DNA of 64,000 bases from an uncultured Solirubrobacterales bacterium (GCA_963794825.1 CAWCFB010000001.1:737528-801527), one strand, 5' to 3'; positions 20,131-31,979 are shown, counted from the first letter of the stretch. Numbers and translations: made by a program. The notes: generated by a model from the letters alone, not told the origin.

Positions 20131-21249
20131 ATGCGCATGCTCGCCGGATCGTCGCGGGCCGTCGGCGTCCTCCTCGCGGGGCTCGTGCTGATGCTGATAG
20201 CGCTCGCCTTCGACGCCTCCCAACTGATGGTGCCGGCGATTGCCTTCGTCCTGCTGGGCGCCGGCACGATCGCGTCGGTGGCGGCGATCGTCTATGGCCT
20301 GACCGTCACGCGCCGGCTTGACGCCGAGCGGGTGCTCGAGGACGAGCCGCTTGAGGCGACTGTCGATGTGCGCGGCGGCGCGCTCGGCGTCCGCGGCGCC
20401 GAGCTCCACGACCCGATCGCCGGCGAGCCGCTGCGCCTGCGGGCAAAGGCCCGCTCGGCGACGATCCGGCTCGTCGCCCGGTTCGAGCGCCGTGGCCTGT
20501 ACACCGTGGCGGCGCCCGAGCTGGAGGTGAGCGATCCGTTTGGGTTGTGCCGCATGACCGTTCGGGGCGCGAGCCCCTCGCAGCAGGTGCTCGTGCTGCC
20601 GCGGACCGAGCGGGTGCGGTGGCTCGGCGCCGGCGGCGGCCACCAGCTCGATGGCCCGGCGAGCGCGCGGGCCCAGGCGCTGTTCGCGGTTGAAGTCGAC
20701 GGCCTGCGCGGCTACCAGCCCGGGACACCGGCGTCGCGGATCCACTGGCCGGCCTTGGCCCGCGGTGCGGGACTGCTCGAGCGCCGGATGCGCGCCGATG
20801 AGGATCGCCGTCCGCTCGTCGTGCTCGATGCGCGCGGCGAACTTCCCGCCGGCCAGCTTGACGCTGCGGTCCGTGCCGCTGCGTCGCTGACGGTGGAGCT
20901 CGCGCGGGCCGGCGGCTGCCTGCTCCTGTTGCCCTGGGAGCGGCGGCCCGTGGCCATCGAGCCCGACCTGATCGCCTGGGCCGGGGCCCATGCGCGGCTC
21001 GCGCTAGTGGGCGGCGGCCCGCGGACCCCACCGCCGATGCTCGCCTCCGCGCGCCAGCGGCCGGGCCCGCTGATCTACGTCTCGGCCGCCCCGCGCGAGC
21101 GGCTCCCGGCCGCTTTCGGGCTGGCCCAGGCGATGCTCGTGGTGCCGACGGAGGTCGCGCCGCCGTCGGTGCGCCCTAGCTTGTACGTCTCCGGTTGCGT
21201 CGGCGGGTTCGTCGGCCACCGCGCCCGTCCGCGGGAGGCGGTGGCGTGA
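20131..21249 (+). CDS. DUF58 membrane-anchored protein
   Basis: N-terminal TM helices, RRGLY...DPFGL, LRGYQPG...RIHWPA. Confidence 0.85.
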   Translation: MRMLAGSSRAVGVLLAGLVLMLIALAFDASQLMVPAIAFVLLGAGTIASVAAIVYGLTVTRRLDAERVLEDEPLEATVDVRGGALGVRGAELHDPIAGEPLRLRAKARSATIRLVARFERRGLYTVAAPELEVSDPFGLCRMTVRGASPSQQVLVLPRTERVRWLGAGGGHQLDGPASARAQALFAVEVDGLRGYQPGTPASRIHWPALARGAGLLERRMRADEDRRPLVVLDARGELPAGQLDAAVRAAASLTVELARAGGCLLLLPWERRPVAIEPDLIAWAGAHARLALVGGGPRTPPPMLASARQRPGPLIYVSAAPRERLPAAFGLAQAMLVVPTEVAPPSVRPSLYVSGCVGGFVGHRARPREAVA

Positions 21250-23462
21250 GCACGGGGACCCTCGCCGAGCGTTGGGGCCCGGTCGCGCCGAGTCGCGCGG
21301 TGCGCGCGGCGCGGCCGGGGATGCGGCTGGCCACGTTCTCCGCCTTGGCGCTGTACGGAATGCTGCGCTGGGAGACGCTGCTGACGCCGGCCCCGGATGG
21401 GCGGATGCTGGCGCTGCTGGGGCTGGCGATCGTGGTTGCCGCGTTCGGTTGGGTGCCGCCCGAGCACCGCCGCTGGATCGCCGTCGCTGTGACGGTCGTC
21501 GCGGTGATCGCGATGTTCCCGATCGCGGGTGTCCCGTTGGCTTGGGTTCGCCACGTCCGGCTCGAGGTGACCGCGAACGCGATCGGGCAGGGGTTGAGCG
21601 CGCTTCCGAACGTGCTCGTCCCGTACCTGGGGATCAACCATTGGGTCCGTGTAGTGATCGTGCTCGGAGCAGCGGTGCTGCTGCTTGACGCGGCCCTGTT
21701 GATGGCGTTCACCGGCGCCCGGACGGGGGAGCTGCGACGGGCCGCGACGGCGTTGCCGCTGATCGCGCTCGCGGTCGTGCCCTCGACGATCGTCAAGCCG
21801 CAGTTCCCATACCTCCAGGGGCTTGTGCTGTTCGCGCTCCTGGCCGCCTTCATGTGGGCTGATCGAGCGCCGGCCCGCGAGGGGGCGAGCACGATTCTCG
21901 TGCTGGCAATCGCGGGGGTGGGCGGCGTCCTCATCGCGCCCCGGATCGACTCGCACCGGGCGTGGTTCGACTATCGCGCGATCGCGACCACGCTCGCGCC
22001 GTCGCACGTGGCGCGCTTTGACTGGTCGCAGACCTATGGGCCGCTGGTGTGGCCCCACCGTGGCCTTACCGTGTTCGCCGTCCAAGCGGACCGGCCCGAA
22101 TATTGGAAGACCGAGAACCTCGACGATTTCAACGGCCGAGCGTGGTCGGACGCAGGACCGGGACCGCTCGTGCCCTCGCGGTACGTCTCCCAGAACGCCG
22201 TCGCCCAGTGGACGCAGACGATCCAGGTGACGATCCGGGCGATGCGGACGAACAACGTGATCGCGGCGGGCCAGGCGCAGACGCCGGCCGACGTCCCGGG
22301 AGGCGCCACCCCGGGCACCAGCCTCGGCACCTGGGTGGCGGGATCGACGCTCGCGCCGGGATCCAGCTACCGCGTGCGCATCTACGATCCGAGTCCCAGC
22401 GCCGCCCAGATGGCCTCTGCCGGTACGAGCTACGCCCCGGAGCTCACGCCGTACCTGACGCTGTCGCTGCCCGTCACGTTCTCGAACCTGACCATCGATC
22501 AGCAGATCACTTTCCCGGCCTTCACGGGGGCCAACGCGATCACGGTGGCCCAGAACCAGGCGCTGATCCGCCGCTCGCCGTATGCGCGGGCCGACGCCCT
22601 CGCGCTCAGGCTCAAGCGGGGCGCCGCGACGCCATACGCATTCGCCCGGCGGGTGCTGGCCTATTTCCATACCGGCTACACGTACTCCATCGATCCGCGC
22701 TCCGGCCTGCGGTACCCATTGGAAACCTTCCTGTTCAAGACGCGGGTCGGCTACTGCCAGCAGTTCGCCGGCGCCATGGCGATGCTCCTGCGCATGGGCG
22801 GTGTGCCGGCCCGAGTCGCCGTCGGCTTTACGCCGGGCAAACGCGACTCGGCCACGCACGACTGGGTCGTCACCGACACCGAGGCGCACGCGTGGGTCGA
22901 GGCCTGGTTCCCGGGTTACGGCTGGGTCACCTTCGATCCGACGCCTCCGGCGAACGCCACCACCAGCAGCACCCCGGCGCTCCCGGGTGGCTCGAACAAC
23001 CGTTCGGGGGTCGGCTCAGCCGCCGCCGGGAAGAACCGCGCCAGGCCGTCGCAGGCCGCACACGGGCGGCACGGCGGTCCGCTCTCGGCGTGGGTCGTAA
23101 TCGCGCCCGTGGCGCTCGTGCTCGCGGCGCTGCTCGGGCTCCTGTGGCTGCGGCGGTTTGCCACCGGGTCGAGCGACGATCTGCTCGTCGAGCTCGAGCG
23201 GGCGCTGCGGCGCTCGGGACGCCCGGTCGCGGACGGTGTCACGCTCGCGGCGCTCGAGCGGCAGCTCTACGGCTCACCGGATGCCAGCGCGTACATCCGC
23301 ACCCTTCGCCTGCGCCGATACGGCGACGCACGGGCTGTGCCCACAGGCAGTCAACGCCGCGCACTTCGGGCCGCGCTGGCCGGCGGACGGGGGGCGTTCC
23401 GGCGGCTGCGCGCGTGGTGGGCGTTGCCACCGCGGCGGTACGATCGGAGTAGCAATGGATGA
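21246..23462 (+). CDS. Membrane transglutaminase-like (TgpA-type) protein
   Basis: Multi-TM N-terminus; intact triad GYCQQFA, HAWVE, FDPTP. Confidence 0.9.
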   Translation: MSTGTLAERWGPVAPSRAVRAARPGMRLATFSALALYGMLRWETLLTPAPDGRMLALLGLAIVVAAFGWVPPEHRRWIAVAVTVVAVIAMFPIAGVPLAWVRHVRLEVTANAIGQGLSALPNVLVPYLGINHWVRVVIVLGAAVLLLDAALLMAFTGARTGELRRAATALPLIALAVVPSTIVKPQFPYLQGLVLFALLAAFMWADRAPAREGASTILVLAIAGVGGVLIAPRIDSHRAWFDYRAIATTLAPSHVARFDWSQTYGPLVWPHRGLTVFAVQADRPEYWKTENLDDFNGRAWSDAGPGPLVPSRYVSQNAVAQWTQTIQVTIRAMRTNNVIAAGQAQTPADVPGGATPGTSLGTWVAGSTLAPGSSYRVRIYDPSPSAAQMASAGTSYAPELTPYLTLSLPVTFSNLTIDQQITFPAFTGANAITVAQNQALIRRSPYARADALALRLKRGAATPYAFARRVLAYFHTGYTYSIDPRSGLRYPLETFLFKTRVGYCQQFAGAMAMLLRMGGVPARVAVGFTPGKRDSATHDWVVTDTEAHAWVEAWFPGYGWVTFDPTPPANATTSSTPALPGGSNNRSGVGSAAAGKNRARPSQAAHGRHGGPLSAWVVIAPVALVLAALLGLLWLRRFATGSSDDLLVELERALRRSGRPVADGVTLAALERQLYGSPDASAYIRTLRLRRYGDARAVPTGSQRRALRAALAGGRGAFRRLRAWWALPPRRYDRSSNG

Positions 23463-23823
23463 CCTTTATGACCTGTACCGCAAGGGCACGGAGCTGCTCG
23501 AGGCCGGCCACCACCACCAGGCGGTGATCCCGCTCACGCGCGCGCGAGATCTGGCTCCGGACAAGTCGTCAATCCGTGAGGCCCTCGGCCGCGCCCTGTT
23601 CGGCGCGCAACGCTACGAGCAGGCCGCGCGCGAGTTCGAGGCCGTTTGCGAGCACGCCCCGACCAACGACTACGCCCAGTTCTGTCTGGGCCGCTCGTTG
23701 CAGCTGCTGGGCCGCCACGCGGAGGCCCGCGGGCCGCTGGCGCTGGCGGCGAACCTGCAGCCGACGCGGCGCGACTACCGCGTCTACCGCGACAGGGCCC
23801 GCGCCGCCGCGGCCAAGTCCTAG
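23455..23823 (+). CDS. Tetratricopeptide repeat protein
   Basis: About three TPR units (LYRKG...; EALGRALF...; QFCLGRSL...). Confidence 0.8.
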   Translation: MDDLYDLYRKGTELLEAGHHHQAVIPLTRARDLAPDKSSIREALGRALFGAQRYEQAAREFEAVCEHAPTNDYAQFCLGRSLQLLGRHAEARGPLALAANLQPTRRDYRVYRDRARAAAAKS

Positions 23824-23827
23824 TCCC

Positions 23828-23897
23828 GCCGGGGCCACATGTGGCCCCGGCCCGGCGGCGCATGCGCCGCCGGCGGGTGCCTGCATGCAGGCACCCG
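23828..23897. repeat. Array of three abutting perfect palindromes centred on CATG, 23-bp period
   Basis: GCCGGGGCCACATGTGGCCCCGGC (23828-23851), CCGGCGGCGCATGCGCCGCCGG (23852-23873), CGGGTGCCTGCATGCAGGCACCCG (23874-23897). Confidence 0.95.
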
Positions 23898-23977
23898 TTC
23901 CCATTACCCACCTGGCAAATCTGGTGCTAACCTGGGCCTACAACTTTCGCGCCGGGAAGTGCCCGGCGGCAGTACCG

Positions 23978-24003
23978 AAAGTGGGCGCCCGCCCGCTTTT
24001 TTT
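23978..24003 (+). promoter_or_regulatory. rimP leader terminator-like hairpin (attenuator)
   Basis: AAAGTGGGC-GCCC-GCCCGCTTT then a T run, just before rimP; extended -10 TGCTAACCT at 23925-23933. Confidence 0.75.
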
Positions 24004-24026
24004 ATTGACCAGATGCAAGGTGTGTC

Positions 24027-24440
24027 GTGACCGCAATCCAGACTGAAATCGAGGACCGACTGCAGGCCGTCGAGCCGGACGTCGAGGTGTTGCTCGTCGA
24101 GATCGTCAATCGCTCGACCTTGCGGCTGTTCATCGACCATCCGGATGGCGTCACCCTCGCTCTCTGTGAGCGGGTGTCCGGGCACCTGAACGACTACCGC
24201 GACAGCTACTCGCTCGAGGTGTCCTCACCAGGGGTGGATCGCCCGCTGACCAAGCCCCAGCACTACAGCCGGTTCCTCGGCCGCCGCGCTCGCGTGCGCT
24301 TGCGCGACGCCGACCACAAGCAACTCACCGGCGAGCTCGTCGGGGCCTCCGAGCAGGACGTGACGATCGCCGCGCAGGACGGCGTCGTGACGATCCGGTA
24401 CGAGCAGATCGTCCGCTCCAACCTCGTCCCAGGAGACTGA
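24027..24440 (+). CDS. rimP: Ribosome maturation factor
   Basis: LRLFIDHPDGVTL..C, YSLEVSSPGVDRPL. Confidence 0.95.
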   Translation: MTAIQTEIEDRLQAVEPDVEVLLVEIVNRSTLRLFIDHPDGVTLALCERVSGHLNDYRDSYSLEVSSPGVDRPLTKPQHYSRFLGRRARVRLRDADHKQLTGELVGASEQDVTIAAQDGVVTIRYEQIVRSNLVPGD

Positions 24441-24444
24441 GCAC

Positions 24445-25833
<1,389 letters not shown>

Positions 25834-25854
25834 GCGACGTACACTGGCAGGCAT

Positions 25855-28143
25855 ATGAACAAACGCGTCCACGAGATCGCCAAGGAGCAGGGACTCCCGG
25901 CGAAAGAGCTGCTCGCCAAGCTGCGTGCCGCCGGCATCGAGGTGAAGGCCGTGTCCTCGAGCGTCGATGAGGCGGTGGCGCTGAAGGCGCTCGGCAACGG
26001 CGGCCCACCGGCGGCGCAGGACGGCAACGGCAATGCGCCGGCGCCCCAGCAGGCAGCCCCGGTCGCGCCCAAGGAATCCCCAACCCCGCCAGCGCCCAAG
26101 CCGCAGAGCTCGGATGGTGCTCCGCCGGAGGCCGGCCAGGAGCAATCCGCGCAGGGTGGCAAGCCCGAGGGTAGGCGCGAGCGTCCGACACGCGACTCCC
26201 TGCAGGGCGAGCGCGCCCCCGGCAACGCCGGCGGGCGGCGCCGCGTAGTGATCGACTCGCAGGCCTCGCGCCGCGCCGCGGGCGGTGGTCCGCAACAGAA
26301 CCAGCCGCCGCGCCGTCAGCGCCGCGGCCGACGGCGCCGGGCCGTGTACGACGAGGAAGCTGCCTCGCGGCCCGCGCATACTGCGCTCGCCGAGCCCGAC
26401 GTGATCCGCGTAAATTCGGGCTCGACCGTCAAGGACGTGGCCGAGTACCTCGACGTGCGGATCCCCGAGGTGATCGCCAAGCTGATGGCTCTCGGCGAGC
26501 CGGCGATCCAGACCCAGACGCTGTCCGACGAGACGATCACCGTGCTCGCATCGGAGCTCGGCAAGCAGGTCGAGATCGTGCACACCGAGGATGAGACGGT
26601 CTCCGAGCCGGTGTTCGCGGACTCCGAGGAGGATCTCGTCGAGCGGGCGCCCGTGGTCACGATCATGGGCCACGTCGACCACGGCAAGACTTCACTGCTC
26701 GACGCGATCCGCGAGACCGAGGTGGCGGCCGGCGAGGCGGGCGGGATTACCCAGCACATCGGGGCCTACCAGGTCCACCACGGCAACCGGCTAGTGACGT
26801 TCCTTGACACGCCCGGCCACGAGGCGTTCACGGCGATGCGCGCCCGCGGCGCCAAGGCGACCGACATCGCCGTGATCGTGGTCGCGGCCGATGACGGCGT
26901 CAAGCCGCAGACCCAGGAGGCCGTCGACCACGCCAAGGAAGCCGACGTGCCGATGATCGTGGCGATCAACAAGATCGACAAGGAGGGCGCCGACCCCAAC
27001 CGAGTCCGGGGCGAGATGGCGGCCATCGGGCTGCAGCCGGCTGACTGGGGCGGGGACACCGAGTTCGTAGATGTCTCGGCCAAGACCCAGGAGGGGCTCG
27101 ACAACCTGCTCGACACGATCACCACGATGGCCGAGCTGCTCGAGCTCCGCGCTAACCCCGACGCGGCCGCGTCCGGGACGGTCGTCGAGTCAAAGCTCGA
27201 CCCGGGGCGGGGTCCGGTCGTCACGATCCTGGTTTCACGCGGCACGCTCGAGGTCGGCGACGCGCTCGTCGCCGGCGCGAGCTGGGGCCGCGTCCGGGCG
27301 ATGCACGACTTCCTCGGCAACCGCGTCGGTCAGGCATTGCCGGGCGAGCCCGTGGAGGTGCTCGGCTTCAACGGTGTGCCCGAGGCTGGCGAGCGCGTCC
27401 GCGTGGTCGAGCACGAGCGCCGGGCCAGGCAGCTGGCCGGAGAGCGCGAGACGCGGCTGAAGACGGAGTCGCTGGCGCGGCGCAGCGGCAAGCGGATCTC
27501 GCTCGAGAGCATTTTCTCCAGCGACCTGGCCGAGCTGAACCTGGTGCTCAAGGCCGACGTCGCCGGTTCGCTCGAGGCGATCGGGGACGAGATCGCGAAG
27601 CTGCCGCAGGACGAGGTCTCGGTCAACGTGATCCGCGGCGCCGTGGGTGGCGTCACCGAGTCTGACGTCATGCTGGCCGCGGCCTCGGACGCGATCATCC
27701 TGGCCTTCAACGTCCGGCCGGTGGGCGATGCGCGCTCGGTGGCCGATCGGGAGGGGGTCGAGATCCGCCACTACTCCGTGATCTACAGAGTGATCGAGGA
27801 GCTGCGCTCGGCCATGCAGGGGATGCTCGCGCCCGAGGAGGTCGAGGAGACACTCGGCCAGGCCGAGGTCCGCCAGCTGTTCCGCGCGTCGCGCGTCGGC
27901 ACGATCGCCGGCTCGCATGTGACCGAGGGCAAGATCACGCGCGGCTCGAAGGTCCGCCTGATCCGGGACGGCCTGGTCGTCTGGGACGGTGAGATCGCCA
28001 GCCTGCGCCGGTTCAACGACGACGCACGCGAGGTCGCGGCGGGATTTGAGTGCGGGATCGTGCTGAAGGACTTCGCCGACGTGAAGGAAGGCGACGTGGT
28101 CGAGACGTACGCGACGCGCCAGGTCGAGCGCGAGCTCGCCTGA
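25855..28143 (+). CDS. infB: Translation initiation factor IF-2
   Basis: [38 protein letters not shown]. Confidence 0.98.
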   Translation: MNKRVHEIAKEQGLPAKELLAKLRAAGIEVKAVSSSVDEAVALKALGNGGPPAAQDGNGNAPAPQQAAPVAPKESPTPPAPKPQSSDGAPPEAGQEQSAQGGKPEGRRERPTRDSLQGERAPGNAGGRRRVVIDSQASRRAAGGGPQQNQPPRRQRRGRRRRAVYDEEAASRPAHTALAEPDVIRVNSGSTVKDVAEYLDVRIPEVIAKLMALGEPAIQTQTLSDETITVLASELGKQVEIVHTEDETVSEPVFADSEEDLVERAPVVTIMGHVDHGKTSLLDAIRETEVAAGEAGGITQHIGAYQVHHGNRLVTFLDTPGHEAFTAMRARGAKATDIAVIVVAADDGVKPQTQEAVDHAKEADVPMIVAINKIDKEGADPNRVRGEMAAIGLQPADWGGDTEFVDVSAKTQEGLDNLLDTITTMAELLELRANPDAAASGTVVESKLDPGRGPVVTILVSRGTLEVGDALVAGASWGRVRAMHDFLGNRVGQALPGEPVEVLGFNGVPEAGERVRVVEHERRARQLAGERETRLKTESLARRSGKRISLESIFSSDLAELNLVLKADVAGSLEAIGDEIAKLPQDEVSVNVIRGAVGGVTESDVMLAAASDAIILAFNVRPVGDARSVADREGVEIRHYSVIYRVIEELRSAMQGMLAPEEVEETLGQAEVRQLFRASRVGTIAGSHVTEGKITRGSKVRLIRDGLVVWDGEIASLRRFNDDAREVAAGFECGIVLKDFADVKEGDVVETYATRQVERELA

Positions 28144-28153
28144 CCCGGCGCCC

Positions 28154-28465
28154 GTGGCTGGAAGCGGCTTCGTCGCCGTGCTCGTGATCGACCTGCACTT
28201 CCCCGAAGCGGGGTCGCTGAAGGCCAAGCGCAAGGACCTGTCCTCGGTCAAGGCCCAGCTCCACGGCCGGCTCGGCGCAGCCGTGTCCGAGATCGACCAC
28301 CACGACACGTGGCAGCGGGCGACGCTGGCTGCGTCGCTCACCGGCGGTTCGCTGAGAGCGCTGTCCGCCCACACCGAACGGATTGAGCGGTGGCTGATCG
28401 GCCGTTTTCCAGACGGAATCTCAATCCGCCGCATCTTCGCGTCGATCGAGGACCTGGAGGGATAG
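28154..28465 (+). CDS. DUF503 (YlxP-like) protein
   Basis: SLKAKR...AAVSEIDHHDTWQR; located between infB and rbfA. Confidence 0.85.
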   Translation: MAGSGFVAVLVIDLHFPEAGSLKAKRKDLSSVKAQLHGRLGAAVSEIDHHDTWQRATLAASLTGGSLRALSAHTERIERWLIGRFPDGISIRRIFASIEDLEG

Positions 28466-28466
28466 G

Positions 28467-28841
28467 ATGGATCGCGGCCGAATACGGCGCGTCAACGAGG
28501 CCGTGCGAGCCGTGCTGAGCGACGCGATCGCAAAAGATCTGAAGGACCCTCGGGTGGGATTCGTGACCGTGACAGCTGTCAAGACAAGTCCAGACCTGCG
28601 ACACGCGCGCGTCTACGTGAGCGTGCTGGGCGACGAGGACGCGCGGGCGGCCTCGCTCGACGGCCTCCGCTCAGCGCACGGCTACCTGCAGGGTGCGCTG
28701 GCCTCGCAGCTGACTCTCAAGCACACGCCGACGCTGACCTTCCAGTACGACGACTCGGTCGATAAGGGGATGCGGATCACCGAGCTGCTCGCCTCCCACG
28801 ACCGCGAAGATGACGACGCCCATGGCGGGGTGCCGCGATGA
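28467..28841 (+). CDS. rbfA: Ribosome-binding factor A
   Basis: KDPRVGFVTVT, SPDLRHARVY, TPTLTFQYD. Confidence 0.96.
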   Translation: MDRGRIRRVNEAVRAVLSDAIAKDLKDPRVGFVTVTAVKTSPDLRHARVYVSVLGDEDARAASLDGLRSAHGYLQGALASQLTLKHTPTLTFQYDDSVDKGMRITELLASHDREDDDAHGGVPR

Positions 28842-29842
28842 CGACGAACGGCGATCGCGCGGACCGCCAGCTCGTGCTCGACGCGCTGCGCGCGTCCGGC
28901 AAGCTCGTCGTGGTCACGCACGAGAACCCCGACGGCGACGCGCTCGGGTCGCTGATCGCGATGCAAGAGATCCTGACCGCGCTCGGCAAAGACAGCGTGA
29001 TGTTCATCGCCGCCGCCGAGTTCCCGCTGCCCTACGAGTACCGGTTCTTGCCCCTGTCGGGCCTGGTCACCGAGCCGCCGGCCGACCTCGCCGAGCGGAC
29101 GATCGTGTTCCTCGACTGCGGCAACATCGAGCGCAATCCCGCCGAGGCGTTCCGGTCCGGAAACCCACCGAGCCAGCAGATCCTGAACATCGACCACCAC
29201 CACGACAACACCTTGTTCGGGACCGTCAACCTGGTCGTGGCGGATGCCTCGTGCACTGCCGAGATCGTGTTCGACCTGATGGAGTCGCTGGCCATCGAAC
29301 CGACCTCGACGATCGCCAACGCGCTGTACGTCGGGCTGATCACCGACACCGGCCGGTTCATGTACCAGAACACCGGCGCCGGCGCCCACCTGATGGCGGC
29401 AAAGCTGATCGAAGCGGGCGTCGATGTGCACGAGATCTACCGCCACGTGTACGAGGAGCTGCCATACGGCAAGCTGGTGCTGCTCGCCCGGGGGCTGGCG
29501 AACGTCCGCCGCTTCGACGGAGGCCGGCTGACCGTCACGTTGCTCTCACAGAGCGATTTCCAGGCCTCGGACGCCGAGGAGAGCTACTCCGAAGGTCTGA
29601 TCGACCATCTCCGTGCCGTCAAGGGGACCGCGGTCGCGGCGCTGATCCGCGACCGGATCGGCGAGGCCGACGGGATGCGAAAGGTTTCGCTGCGCGCCAG
29701 CGACGAGCGCGTCGACGTCTCCCGGATCGCGCGGGCGCAGGGGGGAGGCGGCCACCGTCAGGCCGCCGGATTCAGCACGTCCCTGGAGTGGGACGACCTG
29801 GTCGACTTCCTCCGCGACCAGGTTGCCGCGCAGCTCGGTTGA
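28838..29842 (+). CDS. nrnA: DHH/DHHA1 nanoRNase / pAp phosphatase
   Basis: HENPDGDALGS, IDHH, TDTGRF, GGGGH. Confidence 0.92.
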   Translation: MTTNGDRADRQLVLDALRASGKLVVVTHENPDGDALGSLIAMQEILTALGKDSVMFIAAAEFPLPYEYRFLPLSGLVTEPPADLAERTIVFLDCGNIERNPAEAFRSGNPPSQQILNIDHHHDNTLFGTVNLVVADASCTAEIVFDLMESLAIEPTSTIANALYVGLITDTGRFMYQNTGAGAHLMAAKLIEAGVDVHEIYRHVYEELPYGKLVLLARGLANVRRFDGGRLTVTLLSQSDFQASDAEESYSEGLIDHLRAVKGTAVAALIRDRIGEADGMRKVSLRASDERVDVSRIARAQGGGGHRQAAGFSTSLEWDDLVDFLRDQVAAQLG

Positions 29843-29849
29843 GGGCGCC

Positions 29850-30674
29850 TTGGCTTCGGACGGGGTGATCCTGTTCGACAAGCCGGCCGGGGTGACCTCT
29901 CACGACGTGGTCGCGTCGGTGCGCCGGGATTTTGGGCGCGGCGTCAAGGTGGGCCACGCGGGCACGCTGGACCCGTTCGCCACCGGGCTGCTGCTCGTCC
30001 TCGTCGGCCGGGCGACTCGCGTGCAACGGTGGCTGATGGCGCTGCCCAAGCGCTACGAGGCCGGCGCGCGGTTCGGGTTCGTCTCCACGACCGGCGATCC
30101 GGAGGGTGAGATCGCCTCGACCGGCGTGGTTCCCGACGGGGACCTGGTCCTCCCGGTGGGTGTGCTGCGCCAGCGCCCGCCGCCGTATTCGGCGGTCAAG
30201 GTGGGGGGGCGGCGCGCGTACGCGCTGGCCCGCGCTGGCGTCGAGGTTTCGCTCGCTGAGCGCGAGGTGTCGGTCTACCGGTTCGAGGAGGTGTGGCGGT
30301 CCGGGTCGGCTGATCGCCGGCGCTTCGCGATCGAATGCTCGAGCGGGACATACGTCCGCTCGCTGATCGCGGATCTCGGGGACGCGTACTGCGATGAGCT
30401 GCGGCGGACGCGGATCGGTCCGTTCGAGGTGGCCGACGCCGATCCCACGCGGGTGATCCCGCTGCGTGACTCCTTGTCCTTCCTCCCTGAGGTGGCGCTC
30501 GACCCCGAGGACGCACGGCGCGCCGGCCACGGCGTCGCGGTCCCTGGGGCCCAAACCGGCGGTGGAACCGGAACGGGCGGTGGGACCGTCCGCCTCGTCG
30601 ACGAGGACGGCCTGATCGCGCTCGCGGAGCCCCTGGCTGACGGGTTGCTCAAGCCGGTCGTCGGGTTCCGCTGA
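29850..30674 (+). CDS. truB: tRNA pseudouridine(55) synthase
   Basis: DKPAGVTSHDVV, GHAGTLDPFATG, PPYSAVK, CSSGTYVRS. Confidence 0.95.
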   Translation: MASDGVILFDKPAGVTSHDVVASVRRDFGRGVKVGHAGTLDPFATGLLLVLVGRATRVQRWLMALPKRYEAGARFGFVSTTGDPEGEIASTGVVPDGDLVLPVGVLRQRPPPYSAVKVGGRRAYALARAGVEVSLAEREVSVYRFEEVWRSGSADRRRFAIECSSGTYVRSLIADLGDAYCDELRRTRIGPFEVADADPTRVIPLRDSLSFLPEVALDPEDARRAGHGVAVPGAQTGGGTGTGGGTVRLVDEDGLIALAEPLADGLLKPVVGFR

Positions 30675-30697
30675 GGGCACACTAGGCTTCCGCGCCG

Positions 30698-31579
30698 ATG
30701 CGGGTCACGAATCTGTTCGACGCCGAGCCCCGCCCGCGCCGCGTGGCCGTGGGCGAGTTCGACGGCGTCCACCTCGGCCACCGCGAGGTGATCCGCGGCA
30801 GCGACACGGTTTTGACCTTTGAGCCCCACCCCCTCCAGGTGGTGCGGCCCGCGGCAGCGCCGAAACTGCTCACGACCCTCGAGGCCAAGGCCGAGCTGAT
30901 CGCGTCGCTCGGAGTGGACGAACTCGTGCTGATCCCGTTCGACGACGGCTTCGCACACCAGAGCCCGCAGGCGTTCATCGAGCACGTTCTCATCGAGCGG
31001 CTGCAGGCGACCAGCGTCTCCGTCGGCGAGAACTTCCGCTTCGGCCACCGGGCCGCGGGCGACCCCTCGATGCTCGCGGCCGACGGCCGGTTCGAAACCC
31101 GTGTCGTCCCGCTCGTCGAGGTCGACGGCGAGGTCGTTTCCTCGAGCCACATCCGGGCGCTCGTGTCGGCGGGCGAGGTCGATGTGGCCGCGCACTTCCT
31201 CGGCGCCCCCTTCCAAATGCGCGGAGAGGTCGTGACCGGCGACCGCCGCGGTCGCACGCTTGGGTTCCCCACCGCCAACCTCGTCCCCGACGAGGCGTTC
31301 GTGTGCCCGGGCCACGGGGTCTACGCGGCTCGGGCCGGCGTCGACGGCGTTGTCGATGCCTGCGCCGCGGTCAACGTCGGCGTGCGCCCGACCTTCGGCA
31401 CCGGTCGCGCCGTGCTCGTGGAGGCGTACCTGCTCGATACGGACGCCGACCTCTACGGCAAGACCCTGAAGATCGAGTTCCTGGCCCGCCTGCGGGGAGA
31501 GCGGCGGTTCGACACCGTCGAGGCGCTGGTCGAGCAGATGCACCGCGACGTCTCTGAGACCCGCGCGCGCTGCCCCTAG
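30698..31579 (+). CDS. ribF: Riboflavin kinase / FAD synthetase
   Basis: [32 protein letters not shown]. Confidence 0.96.
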   Translation: MRVTNLFDAEPRPRRVAVGEFDGVHLGHREVIRGSDTVLTFEPHPLQVVRPAAAPKLLTTLEAKAELIASLGVDELVLIPFDDGFAHQSPQAFIEHVLIERLQATSVSVGENFRFGHRAAGDPSMLAADGRFETRVVPLVEVDGEVVSSSHIRALVSAGEVDVAAHFLGAPFQMRGEVVTGDRRGRTLGFPTANLVPDEAFVCPGHGVYAARAGVDGVVDACAAVNVGVRPTFGTGRAVLVEAYLLDTDADLYGKTLKIEFLARLRGERRFDTVEALVEQMHRDVSETRARCP

Positions 31580-31709
31580 GTTTCACACACCTGGCACTGG
31601 TTGCGCCTTGTTCGGTGACACCTTCCGCGCCACCGTGGGGGTAAACGGGGCGGCCGGCCGCTCGCCGCGTGTAGCGCCTCCAAATCGCTCTGCTACGCTC
31701 ACCGACCGC

Positions 31710-31979
31710 ATGACGATGACCCAGGAACGCAAGCAGGAGCTGGTCACCAAGTTCGGCGACGGCCCGGCCGATACCGGCAAGGCCGAAGTCCAGATCGCGC
31801 TGATGACCGAGCGGATCAACGAGCTCACCCAACACCTGCGCACCCACCGCAAGGACCACCACTCGCGCCGCGGGCTGCTGATGCTCGTCGGCCGCCGGCG
31901 CCGGTTCCTCAACTATCTCCAGCGCACGGACCTCGAGCGGTATCGCGCCCTCGTGCGCGAGCTCGGCCTGCGCAAGTGA
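31710..31979 (+). CDS. rpsO: 30S ribosomal protein S15
   Basis: [22 protein letters not shown]; 89 aa. Confidence 0.97.
   Translation: MTMTQERKQELVTKFGDGPADTGKAEVQIALMTERINELTQHLRTHRKDHHSRRGLLMLVGRRRRFLNYLQRTDLERYRALVRELGLRK

Noticed and set aside
23828-23897. Mini-CRISPR or simple tandem repeat interpretation of the palindrome array
   Set aside because: The units are not direct repeats, there are no spacers and no cas genes are in the window; kept as an unexplained palindrome array.
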